Shown here: positions 20,359-29,329 of the stretch, piece after piece
How the letters are laid out: each line of letters starts with the position of its first letter
How positions within the stretch are numbered: position 1 is the first letter of the stretch
Source: a virus
Lineage: Duplodnaviria > Heunggongvirae > Uroviricota > Caudoviricetes
Direction: 5' to 3' (one strand)
Length of the DNA stretch: 64,000 bases
Virus record (IMG/VR): IMGVR_UViG_3300012933_000331
Coordinates: 38,070-102,069 of that record
Made by a program: the position numbers and the translations under genes
The notes under the pieces: generated by a model
What the model was told of the DNA's origin: nothing
The model's input: the letters and a program-made list of their open reading frames with translations, nothing else
Databases searched by the model: none

Positions 20359-20606
20359 TGGAATATATCGGCTGGATTGGTGGAATATTATTGGCATTTT
20401 GCGGATTACCTCAGGCCGTAGAGTCTTATCGAACCAAAAACTCTGACGGATTAACTTGGGGATTTTTGATTATGTGGGGCGTGGGCGAATTATTTACAAT
20501 TGTTTATATTATCCCAAAATGGCATTGGCCGTTGATATTCAATTACACTGCCAACATTATATTTATTTCAATAATCGCGTATTATAAAATAAAACCCAAA
20601 AGATAA
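20358..20606 (+). CDS. Small membrane protein (82 aa).
   Basis: Predicted hydrophobic helices. Confidence 0.4.
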   Translation: MEYIGWIGGILLAFCGLPQAVESYRTKNSDGLTWGFLIMWGVGELFTIVYIIPKWHWPLIFNYTANIIFISIIAYYKIKPKR

Positions 20607-20607
20607 T

Positions 20608-20633
20608 AAAGCCCCATTAGGGGCTTTTTTGCG
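20608..20633 (+). terminator. Intrinsic terminator.
   Basis: aaagcccc atta ggggcttttttg. Confidence 0.7.
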
Positions 20634-20635
20634 TC

Positions 20636-20788
20636 TGTAAACAAAAGTACTCACGGCCAAAAATGAATACTTTTGTTTCCGGGCGCGCCAATTATACTAT
20701 TATAATTGTGGGCGTGTCAAGCTTTTTTTAATAACTTATTTTTTGTGTGTGTTTAAAAAACAACACAATTTCATGGTACAATGTCAGC
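20636..20788. repeat. Promoter/hairpin cassette copy 4.
   Basis: Core motif at 20685..20721. Confidence 0.55.
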
Positions 20789-21172
20789 ATGGACAAAAAA
20801 GCACTTTTAAAGCACTTGAGACTCGAAACTGTAATGATTTGGGACTCACTTTGCGAAATGTACACACCTTTGGTTCACTACAATGAACCAAAAATAGAAC
20901 TTAATCCTTACTTTTGGCGCTGTGCTGGTGCGTGCTTTCAAAAAGAAAACCGCATACAAATGGCTTACAAATTTTTTAAATCTAACCCAAAATACTTCAA
21001 TTACATGATGGATGTAATACTTCCGCATGAAATAATCCACCAAGCCGATTATAATCTTTTCGGAGAATCTGAAAAAATTTGTGGTCACGGTGAAAATTGG
21101 CAAAAAATGATGTTACAATATGGGCTAGACGCTAATCCACACCACACAATGGAGATTTCAAAAAATGCTTAA
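20789..21172 (+). CDS. SprT-like zinc metalloprotease, paralog 2.
   Basis: HEIIHQ…GHGENW motif. Confidence 0.55.
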   Translation: MDKKALLKHLRLETVMIWDSLCEMYTPLVHYNEPKIELNPYFWRCAGACFQKENRIQMAYKFFKSNPKYFNYMMDVILPHEIIHQADYNLFGESEKICGHGENWQKMMLQYGLDANPHHTMEISKNA

Positions 21173-21380
21173 TATCTTGTCTTGGTTCGGTACTTTTGTT
21201 TCAATTTTGGGTTCGTTTGCAGTTGCAAGCGCAATGTTTAAAATTGGTTATGTTTTGTTTACTTTTGGTTCACTGTCTTGGCTGATTGTGGCATGGGTCA
21301 AGCGTGACAAAGCCCTAGGGGTTTTGAACGGTACATTTTTTGCCGCAAACCTTTTGGGTATTTACAACAACTTTTTTTAA
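21165..21380 (+). CDS. Small membrane protein (71 aa).
   Basis: Predicted hydrophobic helices. Confidence 0.4.
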   Translation: MLNILSWFGTFVSILGSFAVASAMFKIGYVLFTFGSLSWLIVAWVKRDKALGVLNGTFFAANLLGIYNNFF

Positions 21381-21383
21381 TAC

Positions 21384-21644
21384 TCTGGTTCACAAAAAGA
21401 ATTGAATACTCAGGTATTCAATTTTGCGCCAAAATTATATCACATAATTTTGCCCCGTGTCAAGCTTTTTTTGATAACTTATTTTTTGTGTGTGTTTAAA
21501 AAACAACACAAAGCCGTGGTATAATTGTGGCATAGCAGGAAATTAGGAAAACAAGCAAAGACCCCACAAAAAATAAGTCTTTACAAGTTGCCAAAACCTG
21601 CTATAATAGAGGCTTCAACACACAACACACAAAGGAAATTTAAA
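21384..21644. repeat. Promoter/hairpin cassette copy 5.
   Basis: Core motif at 21426..21464. Confidence 0.55.
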
Positions 21645-21971
21645 ATGACTGCAAAAACTGTAAACTACACTGCCGAGCAAACTGCCCAAATCGTGGCCGA
21701 TTATCAGGCTGGTGTGACCACCGAAGCAATCGCTGAAAAATTGGGCAAAACTGTCCGGTCGATTGTGGCAAAATTGAGCCGCGAAGGGGTTTATAAAGCT
21801 AAAACCTACGTTTCAAAAACTGGCGCTCCAGTAGTCAAAAAGGATGCACACGCTGACGCTATCGGCGCGATTCTCAAAATGACTGAATCGGAAATCGAAT
21901 CTCTGACCAAAGCCAATAAAACGGCATTGGAAAAGATTTTCCAAGCGTTGGCAAATTCTAAGCCAATTTGA
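21645..21971 (+). CDS. HTH-domain family paralog (108 aa).
   Basis: MTAKTVNYTAEQ…GKTVRSIVAKLSREGVY. Start trimmed to the ATG at 21645. Confidence 0.6.
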   Translation: MTAKTVNYTAEQTAQIVADYQAGVTTEAIAEKLGKTVRSIVAKLSREGVYKAKTYVSKTGAPVVKKDAHADAIGAILKMTESEIESLTKANKTALEKIFQALANSKPI

Positions 21972-22041
21972 TATATAATAGGGTGAAAGCCCTATTATAT
22001 GGGAAACCCCATATAATAGGATTTTTTCAAAAGGAAATGAA

Positions 22042-22239
22042 ATGGCAAATAAAACTGCATATTATTTGGGCGCGATTTTCGGAACGTATTTTCTGGTTTA
22101 TCCGGTTTTGTATTTTGCTTATAACTGGTTTATTACTGAAATTGGGTATGCACAATATCAAATCCCCGGATTTTGGGTTGGCATGGTTGGGTATTTACTT
22201 TTTAACTTTGCTAAAAATACTATTTTCAAAAGGAAATAA
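22042..22239 (+). CDS. Small membrane protein (65 aa).
   Basis: RBS aaaggaaat; hydrophobic. Confidence 0.4.
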   Translation: MANKTAYYLGAIFGTYFLVYPVLYFAYNWFITEIGYAQYQIPGFWVGMVGYLLFNFAKNTIFKRK

Positions 22240-22240
22240 A

Positions 22241-22486
22241 ATGCTTTATAATTTGCCATCATTTGCTGATAAACCCGTGATTTTGACATTTGCTCAAATT
22301 GGAATTAATCCCCAAGAATATAATGGCTGGACGTTTGAACAAATCAGGCCAGATTATATTAATCGTGCGGTTGATTATCTCTGCGATTTTACTGGAGATT
22401 ATGATTATGAGATTTTCCAGCATTATGAATGGGAAATTGATTATCTTAATCAATTGATTAAAATCCCCAGATCCGCATTAATTTAA
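22241..22486 (+). CDS. Hypothetical protein (81 aa).
   Basis: RBS aaaggaaat precedes the ATG. This resolves the long overlapping ORF 21968..22486. Confidence 0.4.
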   Translation: MLYNLPSFADKPVILTFAQIGINPQEYNGWTFEQIRPDYINRAVDYLCDFTGDYDYEIFQHYEWEIDYLNQLIKIPRSALI

Positions 22487-22489
22487 TAA

Positions 22490-22518
22490 CCAACCCCGAT
22501 TAATCGGGGTTTTATTTT
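22490..22518 (+). terminator. Intrinsic terminator.
   Basis: accccgattaatcggggt hairpin followed by tttatttt. Confidence 0.7.
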
Positions 22519-22640
22519 GCCCCAAAATGTGTACTTTTGTTTGCTAAACTGAATTAGAAACAAAAGTATTACTTTTGGCTGCGCCAAAATTATACCATAA
22601 TTTTGCGGCCCGTGTCAAGGGTTTTTGCAAATATATTTTT
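22519..22640. repeat. Promoter/hairpin cassette copy 6.
   Basis: Core motif at 22581..22619. Confidence 0.55.
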
Positions 22641-22930
22641 TGTGTTGTTTTCTTGCACCTGGCACGATTCTTGCGCCTGCGGCCAAATGCGAATCATTAT
22701 CATTTGCGTTCGCAATTGCGTGTATGCTTATATAAGAATACACTTATATAAGTCAACGCTTATATGTGTACTTTAGTACGCATGCAAGCATGCTGCGCCA
22801 GTGGAAAAACTTGGCAAGTGCAAAATCTTGGGCTACCTGCGCCAGTGCAAAAACAAGTGTAAAAATTCGCATGTCAGCTTGCGCCAAATTATACCAGTGG
22901 TAAACCTTATGCGTCAAGTGTATTTTCGGC
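22640..22930. repeat. ORF-free region of direct repeats and palindromes: two copies of CTTATATAAG plus CTTATATGTG, the palindrome GCATGCAAGCATGC, and GCGCCAGTG(G/C)AAAAAC direct repeats. Also holds a degenerate cassette copy at 22881..22920. Candidate origin or regulatory region.
   Basis: Read directly from the sequence. No plausible ORF on the plus strand. Confidence 0.4.
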
Positions 22931-23016
22931 CGAGCCTGCATGACCCGGAAAAATTTTGTGTTGAATGATTTTGTTAAGTTTTGTATAATTATTATATCAA
23001 CAGGAGGGAACGGCTC

Positions 23017-23151
23017 ATGACAGACAACGAATTTTTTGCACAAATTCAGGACGACTGGTTCCACGAATTTGTGGGAGCACAACGTCATGAAATTTTCGTG
23101 TGTACCAATCCACAAGTCGAAAATTTTGAATTTGACGACATTCCCTTTTAA
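23017..23151 (+). CDS. Small acidic protein (44 aa).
   Basis: Promoter ttgtataat and RBS caggaggg precede the ATG. Confidence 0.35.
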   Translation: MTDNEFFAQIQDDWFHEFVGAQRHEIFVCTNPQVENFEFDDIPF

Positions 23152-23197
23152 CAGTATAATATATACTTAAACAGCGCAGAAACCAACTAAAGGACAT

Positions 23198-23509
23198 ATG
23201 ATGACTAAAGCAACTCAAACCAACTACACCACAGAACAAACCCTGGAATTGGTCGCAGCCTACCAAGCCGGTACTGCTGTGGAAACTATCGCAGCTACCA
23301 TGGGCAAAACTGTGCGCTCGGTGGTTGCCAAATTGTCACGCGAAGGCGTGTACGTGGCCAAGACTCGTGCAACCGGCCAAGCCCGTGTGAAAAAGTCTGA
23401 GCTGGTAGACCGTTTGGCTGTGGCCTGCGGCGTGGCTCCAGAAGTGTTTGAATCGCTGGAAAAAGCCAACCACGATGTCTTGGAAGCACTTGTGGCACGC
23501 ATGGCCTGA
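23198..23509 (+). CDS. HTH-domain family paralog (103 aa).
   Basis: …GKTVRSVVAKLSREGVYVAKT…. A promoter TGTATAATATATACTTAAACAG lies upstream. Confidence 0.6.
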   Translation: MMTKATQTNYTTEQTLELVAAYQAGTAVETIAATMGKTVRSVVAKLSREGVYVAKTRATGQARVKKSELVDRLAVACGVAPEVFESLEKANHDVLEALVARMA

Positions 23510-23721
23510 TAGCCTTGCTTGAGGGTCAAGAAATATTGGCTTGATCTTCACAACAAATTCAAGTATAATATATACTTAGACAGTCGGGAAGGGCTTAATG
23601 AATACCACTTCAGTAATGAATTTGGTGCCCGTTCAGCGACAGCGGCCCACCCACCTAACCAGCAATTGAATTGCAATCATCTGTGTGGCCAGCCTGTTCG
23701 CAACGAGTGTCTAATTTTTTA

Positions 23722-23751
23722 CTTGAATATACAGTACAATTACTGTATAAT
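23722..23751 (+). promoter_or_regulatory. sigma70-like promoter (CTTGAA, 18-nt spacer, TATAAT) driving the long non-coding transcript.
   Basis: Read directly from the sequence. Confidence 0.45.
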
Positions 23752-23759
23752 AGATATAT

Positions 23760-24870
23760 AGATTGGGTGACAGCGGTTTAACAATACCATTTGATTTGTT
23801 AAATACGTCTTAATTGTGGGAAATACCGAGCCACAGCCCTTAGTGCCTATAATAAATTGTTTAGACAGTGCTAGCCTGGTGTGCTAGGAGTGTCGTGTAG
23901 ATAATCCGATTAGTAGGATTCGGCCGAATCGTCGAACATCGTAATGCTACAACCACGGCCTAGGCTTTGCTAAGCAATTTATTATGGGCGTTATGAGGTC
24001 TGCATTTATTGCAGTATAACAACTTGATGGTGACCGAATTCTCTAGTCACCGCCCACCAACCCTCTGATGAGCCAGTGCAAGTCTGGCGAAACTCTAAGG
24101 CTCGGGGCAATTTGCAGTGTAGCTCCCACTACGCTCGTTGCCACACCTTAGGGTCAGGAACCCAATGAAAACTGGAAGGGCGAACCTTCGCGGACTTAGT
24201 AGCAAGCACAGAATACGTGCGGGTGAAATCTCTGCTTAGCAAGTCCCTGAAACTTAGTAATTGGTATTGTGCGAAACCCCAGATCTGAATCCTTGATGGT
24301 ATTCTGGCAAGGAGTAGTCCTAGTGAGCAGTTACTATATAAACTGTCGCCTTATCTGGTACCGGCGTAAAATGGTCTTGGCTCTAGAGTGGCCTACTTAC
24401 AGGCCCGAGCTTGATCCTCGTTACTGTGATCCGACCCTAAGCTGTTAGAAGTCGTTAACCCTCAACCAGCCGACCCCAAGTCGTTAAAAGCTGTGACTGC
24501 AGGCGGGCTTAATACCCGAAGCATAACCACCGACCCTAAACTGCTGAGGGGTCACTAAAAATTGTCAGCAGGTGCCGAGCGTTGGAAGCGTGGGCCGTGC
24601 AGGTCGTCACGTAAAACATCCAGGGCTGTGGAGCCGAACCCGTACCACGAGTGATGGTCGAACCCCATCAAAAGTCTCACCTACCAAAACTACAACTGCC
24701 ATAACCTAACAGCAGTCAAAGGTGTTCTGGTTTAGGGTCAGGTAGTAAGTTTATACTCCGGGTGGTGCCCGGCTATAAATCCTGAAGCGAGCAACTAAAA
24801 AAGACATGGCAGTGACGATTGCCTCTTTCAAAAGCCCTACAACGGTCGCTCCGTGTAGGGCTTTTGTTTT
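23760..24870 (+). ncRNA. About 1.1-kb ORF-free transcript unit: promoter, then ~1.07 kb with no ORF of 60 aa or more in any frame, then a strong terminator. Candidate large structured ncRNA.
   Basis: The six-frame track shows no ORF between 23762 and 25067 on either strand. The region contains three (C)CGACCC(T/C)AA repeats at 24431, 24468 and 24531 and inverted GACCCTAA copies, and ends in the 24831..24870 terminator. Confidence 0.45.
24831..24870 (+). terminator. Strong intrinsic terminator.
   Basis: aaagccctacaacggtcgctccgtgtagggcttt followed by tgttttg. Confidence 0.7.
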
Positions 24871-24884
24871 GCCACAACACTTGT

Positions 24885-24957
24885 GCGCCAAAATTCAAGT
24901 GCAAAACTTTCGAGGTCCTGCGCCATTATACAAGTGCTGAACCTTGTGCGTCAAGTG
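24885..24957. repeat. Degenerate cassette copy: gcgccaaaattcaagtgcaaaac…gcgccattatacaagtg…gtgcgtcaagtg.
   Basis: Shares the GCGCCAA…TATA…GTGCGTCAAGTG motif with the copy at 22881..22920. Together they flank the non-coding region. Confidence 0.4.
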
Positions 24958-25067
24958 TGTTTTCTTAATCATACTGACCCTAAGGCAGTGCAAATTGTGG
25001 ACGCAAAAAAGCCTCTAATCGTCACTGATTAGAGGCTTTTTGTTTAATTAACGCAAATTATGTCAGA

Positions 25068-25379
25068 TTACGGCGATTTAGGGTCAGATAACCGCGATTC
25101 AATCAATTTAAGTACTACTTTGTTGACTTTTTCTAGGGATTCCAGCAATTCCAGGTCGCAATCCAATAATGTGGCAATCCGCTCGATGTGTTCGGATTTT
25201 TTCACTGGAATTTCACCGCGCTTGTTGACATAAGACTTTTTTTGGTAGACTCCAAGGCTTGATAGCTTGGCAATTATTGAGCGCTCGGGCAGGTCGAGCT
25301 GCTGTGCGAGCTGGTGAACCGGCACCCCCGCTTGGTAGTCGGCTACTAGACGGTCACAAATTTCTTTGGTGTATTTCAT
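25068..25379 (-). CDS. HTH-domain family paralog (103 aa), the only minus-strand member.
   Basis: …LPERSIIAKLSSLGVYQKKSYVNKRGE… aligns with the paralog at 17130. Confidence 0.55.
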   Translation of the reverse strand: MKYTKEICDRLVADYQAGVPVHQLAQQLDLPERSIIAKLSSLGVYQKKSYVNKRGEIPVKKSEHIERIATLLDCDLELLESLEKVNKVVLKLIESRLSDPKSP

Positions 25380-25391
25380 GTTTGTGACTCC

Positions 25392-26390
25392 TTATAACCA
25401 CGGAAAGTCTGGGTTTTCACCATTAGACTTAAACTGAGGCTTAGAAACGGATTCCTGCTTGAAAATATCTGTGGAAATAAGTGGAGCAGGAATTGAATCC
25501 CACGCTTGAGGGTCCAAAATCATATACTTGGTACGATTGCTTGGATGTGCACACCAGATTTGAGCAATCATTGTTTGTGCAAGTTCTGGCACTTTGTGCA
25601 ATTTAGTGCCAGTAGTATCATATAGTTTAAAAGTACTCAAGGGGTTGCGCTGTGTACCCGCCTTAGTGCCAGTTTTATAAGTCAAACCCTGCTCTCGGGC
25701 CTGCAAAATTTCTTCGCGAGCCATGTCTGGAACTTCACACAACATGGCTTTACACAAACTATCGTTGACCACGTACTTGATAGTATCGCGATCCCACTCC
25801 GAATACTTGATATTCTGATTTAATTTAAAGGCAAAAGGAATAAGGGGAACTAAGCTGCAGTATGTGCGGCCCTCGCCTTTGTATTGGCTGCTAATCCAGC
25901 TGCTGCGAGAGTCAAGCAGCAAGAACTGATACAGCCCTAAATCCCACTCGCTGCTGAAGTCAAAGATTTGAGCCGCCATTTTGCGACCATTGATTTTACC
26001 CTCAGGCGTCATAACTTCAGCAAGCCTGATAGGTTTATGGGTCAGCCAGCTGACGATCTGTGGCATAACCCAAGTCTGCATGATAGTTTCCAGTTTGTAT
26101 CTGGGAATAAAATCTGTGATAATAGCCGAGCTACCTGCTTTATTGCGTACTCGTGCAGACTCTGGATGTTTTTTGTAGGGGTACTGATCTGAAAAATTAC
26201 CCTCAAATGGGGCTTCATGAGTGTCAGACCAATTTCGTTCAAGTTGGGCAATAAATTCGTCGTATCGTTCACTATTCTCAGCTTCTAGTGTTTGTTCTGC
26301 CATATCTGCGGCATCCATAAACATTTTATAAGCTATGTCAAAAGGAATCGAACGTAGTTCTCGGGTGGTTGTTCGTGTTAAAAAACTCAT
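25392..26390 (-). CDS. Hypothetical protein (332 aa).
   Basis: Long ORF with a tightly spaced neighbour. Confidence 0.5.
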   Translation of the reverse strand: MSFLTRTTTRELRSIPFDIAYKMFMDAADMAEQTLEAENSERYDEFIAQLERNWSDTHEAPFEGNFSDQYPYKKHPESARVRNKAGSSAIITDFIPRYKLETIMQTWVMPQIVSWLTHKPIRLAEVMTPEGKINGRKMAAQIFDFSSEWDLGLYQFLLLDSRSSWISSQYKGEGRTYCSLVPLIPFAFKLNQNIKYSEWDRDTIKYVVNDSLCKAMLCEVPDMAREEILQAREQGLTYKTGTKAGTQRNPLSTFKLYDTTGTKLHKVPELAQTMIAQIWCAHPSNRTKYMILDPQAWDSIPAPLISTDIFKQESVSKPQFKSNGENPDFPWL

Positions 26391-26776
26391 TTGGTAAATA
26401 CCTTGACCCTAAAGTAAAACACGCACACTAGCTAGGGCTCAAGGCTAGAGTGGGCGATATCCCAAAGTTGGGACAATTATCGTGATTGGTTTATAGTTGA
26501 GATTAGTTCAAAATACAAAGCTTAAAAACAAGCAGACTTATACTATTTGAACATTTAAACAAATTGTTTGTGATTGCACACTTTTCATTAGACCCTAAAT
26601 CGTCGTAACCTGCAGGGGGCCAGCAGGTAACTTCTCATAGGAAGAAAAGTGTTATCACACAATTTGCTATCTTTGATGATTTACTTTATATATTATAACA
26701 CAAAAAAATTAAAATACAAGATGTATTTTTAGTTGTGCATCTTGTACTAGTAGTAAAATCTCTGATTTAGACGGCA

Positions 26777-27037
26777 TTAGCCCTTTAGCAACTGCATAGC
26801 CTTGTTTGCAATGTTGTTGCGACTTGGGGTCAGATCAAGCCAGCCCATTTGCTCAAGAACTCCGAGAATTGCAAGAAAATCTTCTAGTTCACCGACAAGT
26901 TCTTGTTTGTTAGTGGTTGTGCGATCTGGGTGGCGGTTCTGTTCACCAAAACGGTTGATTTTTGAAACCGCTTGAATTACCTCAGCTGCTTCTTCTTGCA
27001 GCTTGCAGATCAAGTATTGAGTTTTGTTTGTGTTCAT
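26777..27037 (-). CDS. MazG-like nucleoside triphosphate pyrophosphohydrolase.
   Basis: LQEEAAEV…ELVGELEDFL (EExxE…ELGDxL-type) motifs. Start trimmed to the second Met. Confidence 0.5.
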   Translation of the reverse strand: MNTNKTQYLICKLQEEAAEVIQAVSKINRFGEQNRHPDRTTTNKQELVGELEDFLAILGVLEQMGWLDLTPSRNNIANKAMQLLKG

Positions 27038-27039
27038 GT

Positions 27040-27267
27040 TTATTCGTATGCGTGGATTAGAAAATATCCGCCACCTGCGTGGACTTGGTGTGAGCAAGTG
27101 TACTGGTAACCGTCTGGAATTTCTTCACCAGTTAGTGCCAAATACACTTCGTGTTCAAAAGGATTTGTGTTGGTGGTTTCTAGTACTTCAAACCAACCCA
27201 TAATTTTGCCATCCTGATCGTTTAAGTAACGCAACTTCCAGTCTTGGTTGGTGAGCTTGATGGTGTT
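27040..27267 (-). CDS. Hypothetical protein; start trimmed to avoid a 134-nt overlap.
   Basis: ORF 27040..27423 in the track. Confidence 0.3.
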   Translation of the reverse strand, partial: NTIKLTNQDWKLRYLNDQDGKIMGWFEVLETTNTNPFEHEVYLALTGEEIPDGYQYTCSHQVHAGGGYFLIHAYE

Positions 27268-27289
27268 CATGCCTGGGTAAAGCTGTAGT

Positions 27290-27517
27290 TTAAGCATTCT
27301 CACTTTTTTGCTCCCATAATTTACCTTTGATACCACAGTTTGTGAACCACCCACGCTGCTTTCGCTCTTCATTACAGCTACTGCCATAGGCTTCCGCAGT
27401 ATTAGCAAGTGCCCAGCTATCATTGGCGTTTACAATGGGATGTACGCATCTGAGTGCTCCGTAGTCTTTTTCACGTGATCGCGAGTGTTGGCAATCTTTG
27501 CAGAATTTAACTTTCAT
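27290..27517 (-). CDS. Small Cys-rich protein (CKDC…C…C).
   Basis: ORF 27290..27616 with start trimmed. Confidence 0.3.
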   Translation of the reverse strand: MKVKFCKDCQHSRSREKDYGALRCVHPIVNANDSWALANTAEAYGSSCNEERKQRGWFTNCGIKGKLWEQKSENA

Positions 27518-27824
27518 CAACAATCTCCAGGAATTTGTACAGTGTGATAGTTGTGGGGTCGTATTCCTTACCGTCAATAATAAAGCCCATGTTTTGTGTG
27601 CCATGTTCGGTTTCATACATCCACCACATCAGCCAGTCAAATAGCTCTGGGCCAAGTAGTTCGGCTACCAGTTCAGTGTAAGGACCCTCAACCGCATCAG
27701 CTAAGCCAAAGATTTGATTGTCGCTGTTAATGCAAGCTAGTGCCTTACCCACAGCATCTTCACGAGCACGTTGGGTCAGCATGGCCTGACAATAGTTGTA
27801 AGCAATTTGGTGAGTTTGTTTCAT
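27507..27824 (-). CDS. Hypothetical protein (105 aa).
   Basis: Track ORF. Confidence 0.35.
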   Translation of the reverse strand: MKQTHQIAYNYCQAMLTQRAREDAVGKALACINSDNQIFGLADAVEGPYTELVAELLGPELFDWLMWWMYETEHGTQNMGFIIDGKEYDPTTITLYKFLEIVDES

Positions 27825-28162
27825 TGGTTGTGCTTTCTGTAGTCTTCGGCGGCTTGTTTGTAGCTAAAGCTGTGGGTGACTGGAACATTGCCAAAAAGGT
27901 AGTAGTCTGTGACAGCTTCAGTTTTGCGAACTGTGGTTGCGGTGGGTTTACCAGTGCTAGAGAAGACCCAAACTTGGTCACCGGGTTCTACAAAGTACCC
28001 GTCACAGGTCACGCCCACAGCTCTGGAGTCGAGTAGTGCTTGTGCGAACTGTTCTAGCTCAGCACGCTGCACAGGGCCAATCGCTGCCCATGCACGAAGT
28101 CGGGGTGTTTGATCTAGTAATTCTAGAATGTTCATGATTTTACCTGTAATTTGCACCGGCAA
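27821..28162 (-). CDS. Hypothetical protein (113 aa).
   Basis: Track ORF; overlapping stop/start. Confidence 0.4.
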   Translation of the reverse strand: MPVQITGKIMNILELLDQTPRLRAWAAIGPVQRAELEQFAQALLDSRAVGVTCDGYFVEPGDQVWVFSSTGKPTATTVRKTEAVTDYYLFGNVPVTHSFSYKQAAEDYRKHNQ

Positions 28163-28356
28163 AGCCTAATGCTAGAAATGTGGTTATGCAAGCTGCAACA
28201 AGCCTGCTGATAAACTCCCAGTTGCCTGGGTTCCAGTCCCATAGCACAAAGCTGCTTAGTATGTACCCTAGGATCATTGCTGCTGCAAAAACGATTATTG
28301 ATTGTTTCATTTGAGTAGTTCCAGTGCACGACGCTCAACGTCACGTAGGTGAGCAT
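28132..28356 (-). CDS. Small membrane protein.
   Basis: Track ORF. Confidence 0.3.
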   Translation of the reverse strand: MLTYVTLSVVHWNYSNETINNRFCSSNDPRVHTKQLCAMGLEPRQLGVYQQACCSLHNHISSIRLCRCKLQVKS

Positions 28357-28400
28357 CCAGCTTTTTCAGCAGTTGTTCACGGTCTTTGCCCACCAGCTTA

Positions 28401-28610
28401 TTAGCCGCACTCAGCATCAAAGCGGCGTCGGAGTTCTTGGCAAGTAGGTGCTGTTTGTATTTTACATAGTTCTGCATAGTAATCCTTTAAGTCTTCTGTT
28501 GTGGCATCTCGCCAGTAAAAGTCCGGGTCGCCATATCGGTTACGGTATTTGATTAATCGTTGTAGTATAAGCAGGCCGCCCCAGTTGGTGCGAAATCGGT
28601 AGTGGTTCAT
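28401..28610 (-). CDS. Hypothetical protein (69 aa).
   Basis: Track ORF. Confidence 0.35.
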   Translation of the reverse strand: MNHYRFRTNWGGLLILQRLIKYRNRYGDPDFYWRDATTEDLKDYYAELCKIQTAPTCQELRRRFDAECG

Positions 28611-28759
28611 CGCGACTCCAAGTAATCATGCAGTTGGTGCAAGAAAACGCTTGCACACCAGATTAGTCCTTGCCATGCTGGGATTAGTTGGCCCAAGTAC
28701 CATTGGTAAGCAAATACCGCACAGCACAGTGCTGTTAAAATTGGAAAAAAGATCTTCAT
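28607..28759 (-). CDS. Small membrane protein; start trimmed to the internal Met.
   Basis: Track ORF 28607..28834. Confidence 0.3.
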   Translation of the reverse strand: MKIFFPILTALCCAVFAYQWYLGQLIPAWQGLIWCASVFLHQLHDYLESR

Positions 28760-28760
28760 A

Positions 28761-29051
28761 TTAACTCCAAGTTCGGTGAGCTTCAGCAACCCACTCGGTT
28801 CCATCATATTCACAAATTGTCCACTCCACATCATCTGGAATGGTCACGATCTTTACTCTGGAATACGCACTATTAGCACGTTCGCCTAAGACCTTGACTA
28901 CACTTACCAACTGATCAGAGTCTCGTGAGATTTCACAATCATACTCACATGGCTCAATATTTGCATCGCGGCAAAATGCCTGATATAGTTCCATGGCTTC
29001 TTCTGAGAGGCCAAAACCACTGTGTCTGGTATTAATTACAATTTGTGTCAT
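28761..29051 (-). CDS. Hypothetical protein (96 aa).
   Basis: Track ORF. Confidence 0.4.
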   Translation of the reverse strand: MTQIVINTRHSGFGLSEEAMELYQAFCRDANIEPCEYDCEISRDSDQLVSVVKVLGERANSAYSRVKIVTIPDDVEWTICEYDGTEWVAEAHRTWS

Positions 29052-29329
29052 ACAGCCTCCAGGGTTTTGTTGTTCAAGCCCAGTGTGTCTGGGTCACTAA
29101 ACGGAAATAGCCACTGCTCGCGGCATCCAGTAAAACGGCGACCTTCGCTGTCAAACATCACAGGCTCAATCCAGTAAAGTATAGAACCATCCTGGTGAGT
29201 ATCTTTAAAACCAGTGACTGTAACAACACGGCCATTGAATTCGCTGCCCAAACGCTCATGTGGCACGCCACGAATCATGCAAAGTGTATTTGGTTTAATC
29301 ATTTTAAATCTCCACGTAATGGTTGCCAA
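29048..29329 (-). CDS. Hypothetical protein (93 aa).
   Basis: Track ORF. Confidence 0.4.
   Translation of the reverse strand: MATITWRFKMIKPNTLCMIRGVPHERLGSEFNGRVVTVTGFKDTHQDGSILYWIEPVMFDSEGRRFTGCREQWLFPFSDPDTLGLNNKTLEAV

Noticed and set aside
21968-22486. 172-aa ORF
   Set aside because: Better explained as two RBS-preceded genes, 22042..22239 and 22241..22486. The N-terminal part has no RBS and poor composition.
22753-23266. Minus-strand ORFs 22753..23115 and 23015..23266
   Set aside because: Lie in the repeat/regulatory region and opposite the plus-strand small gene and promoters. Cys/His/Trp-rich junk translation.
23519-23761. 80-aa plus-strand ORF, and the minus ORFs 23260..23551 opposite the HTH paralog
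   Set aside because: Span the promoter of the ncRNA or are antisense shadows of 23198..23509.
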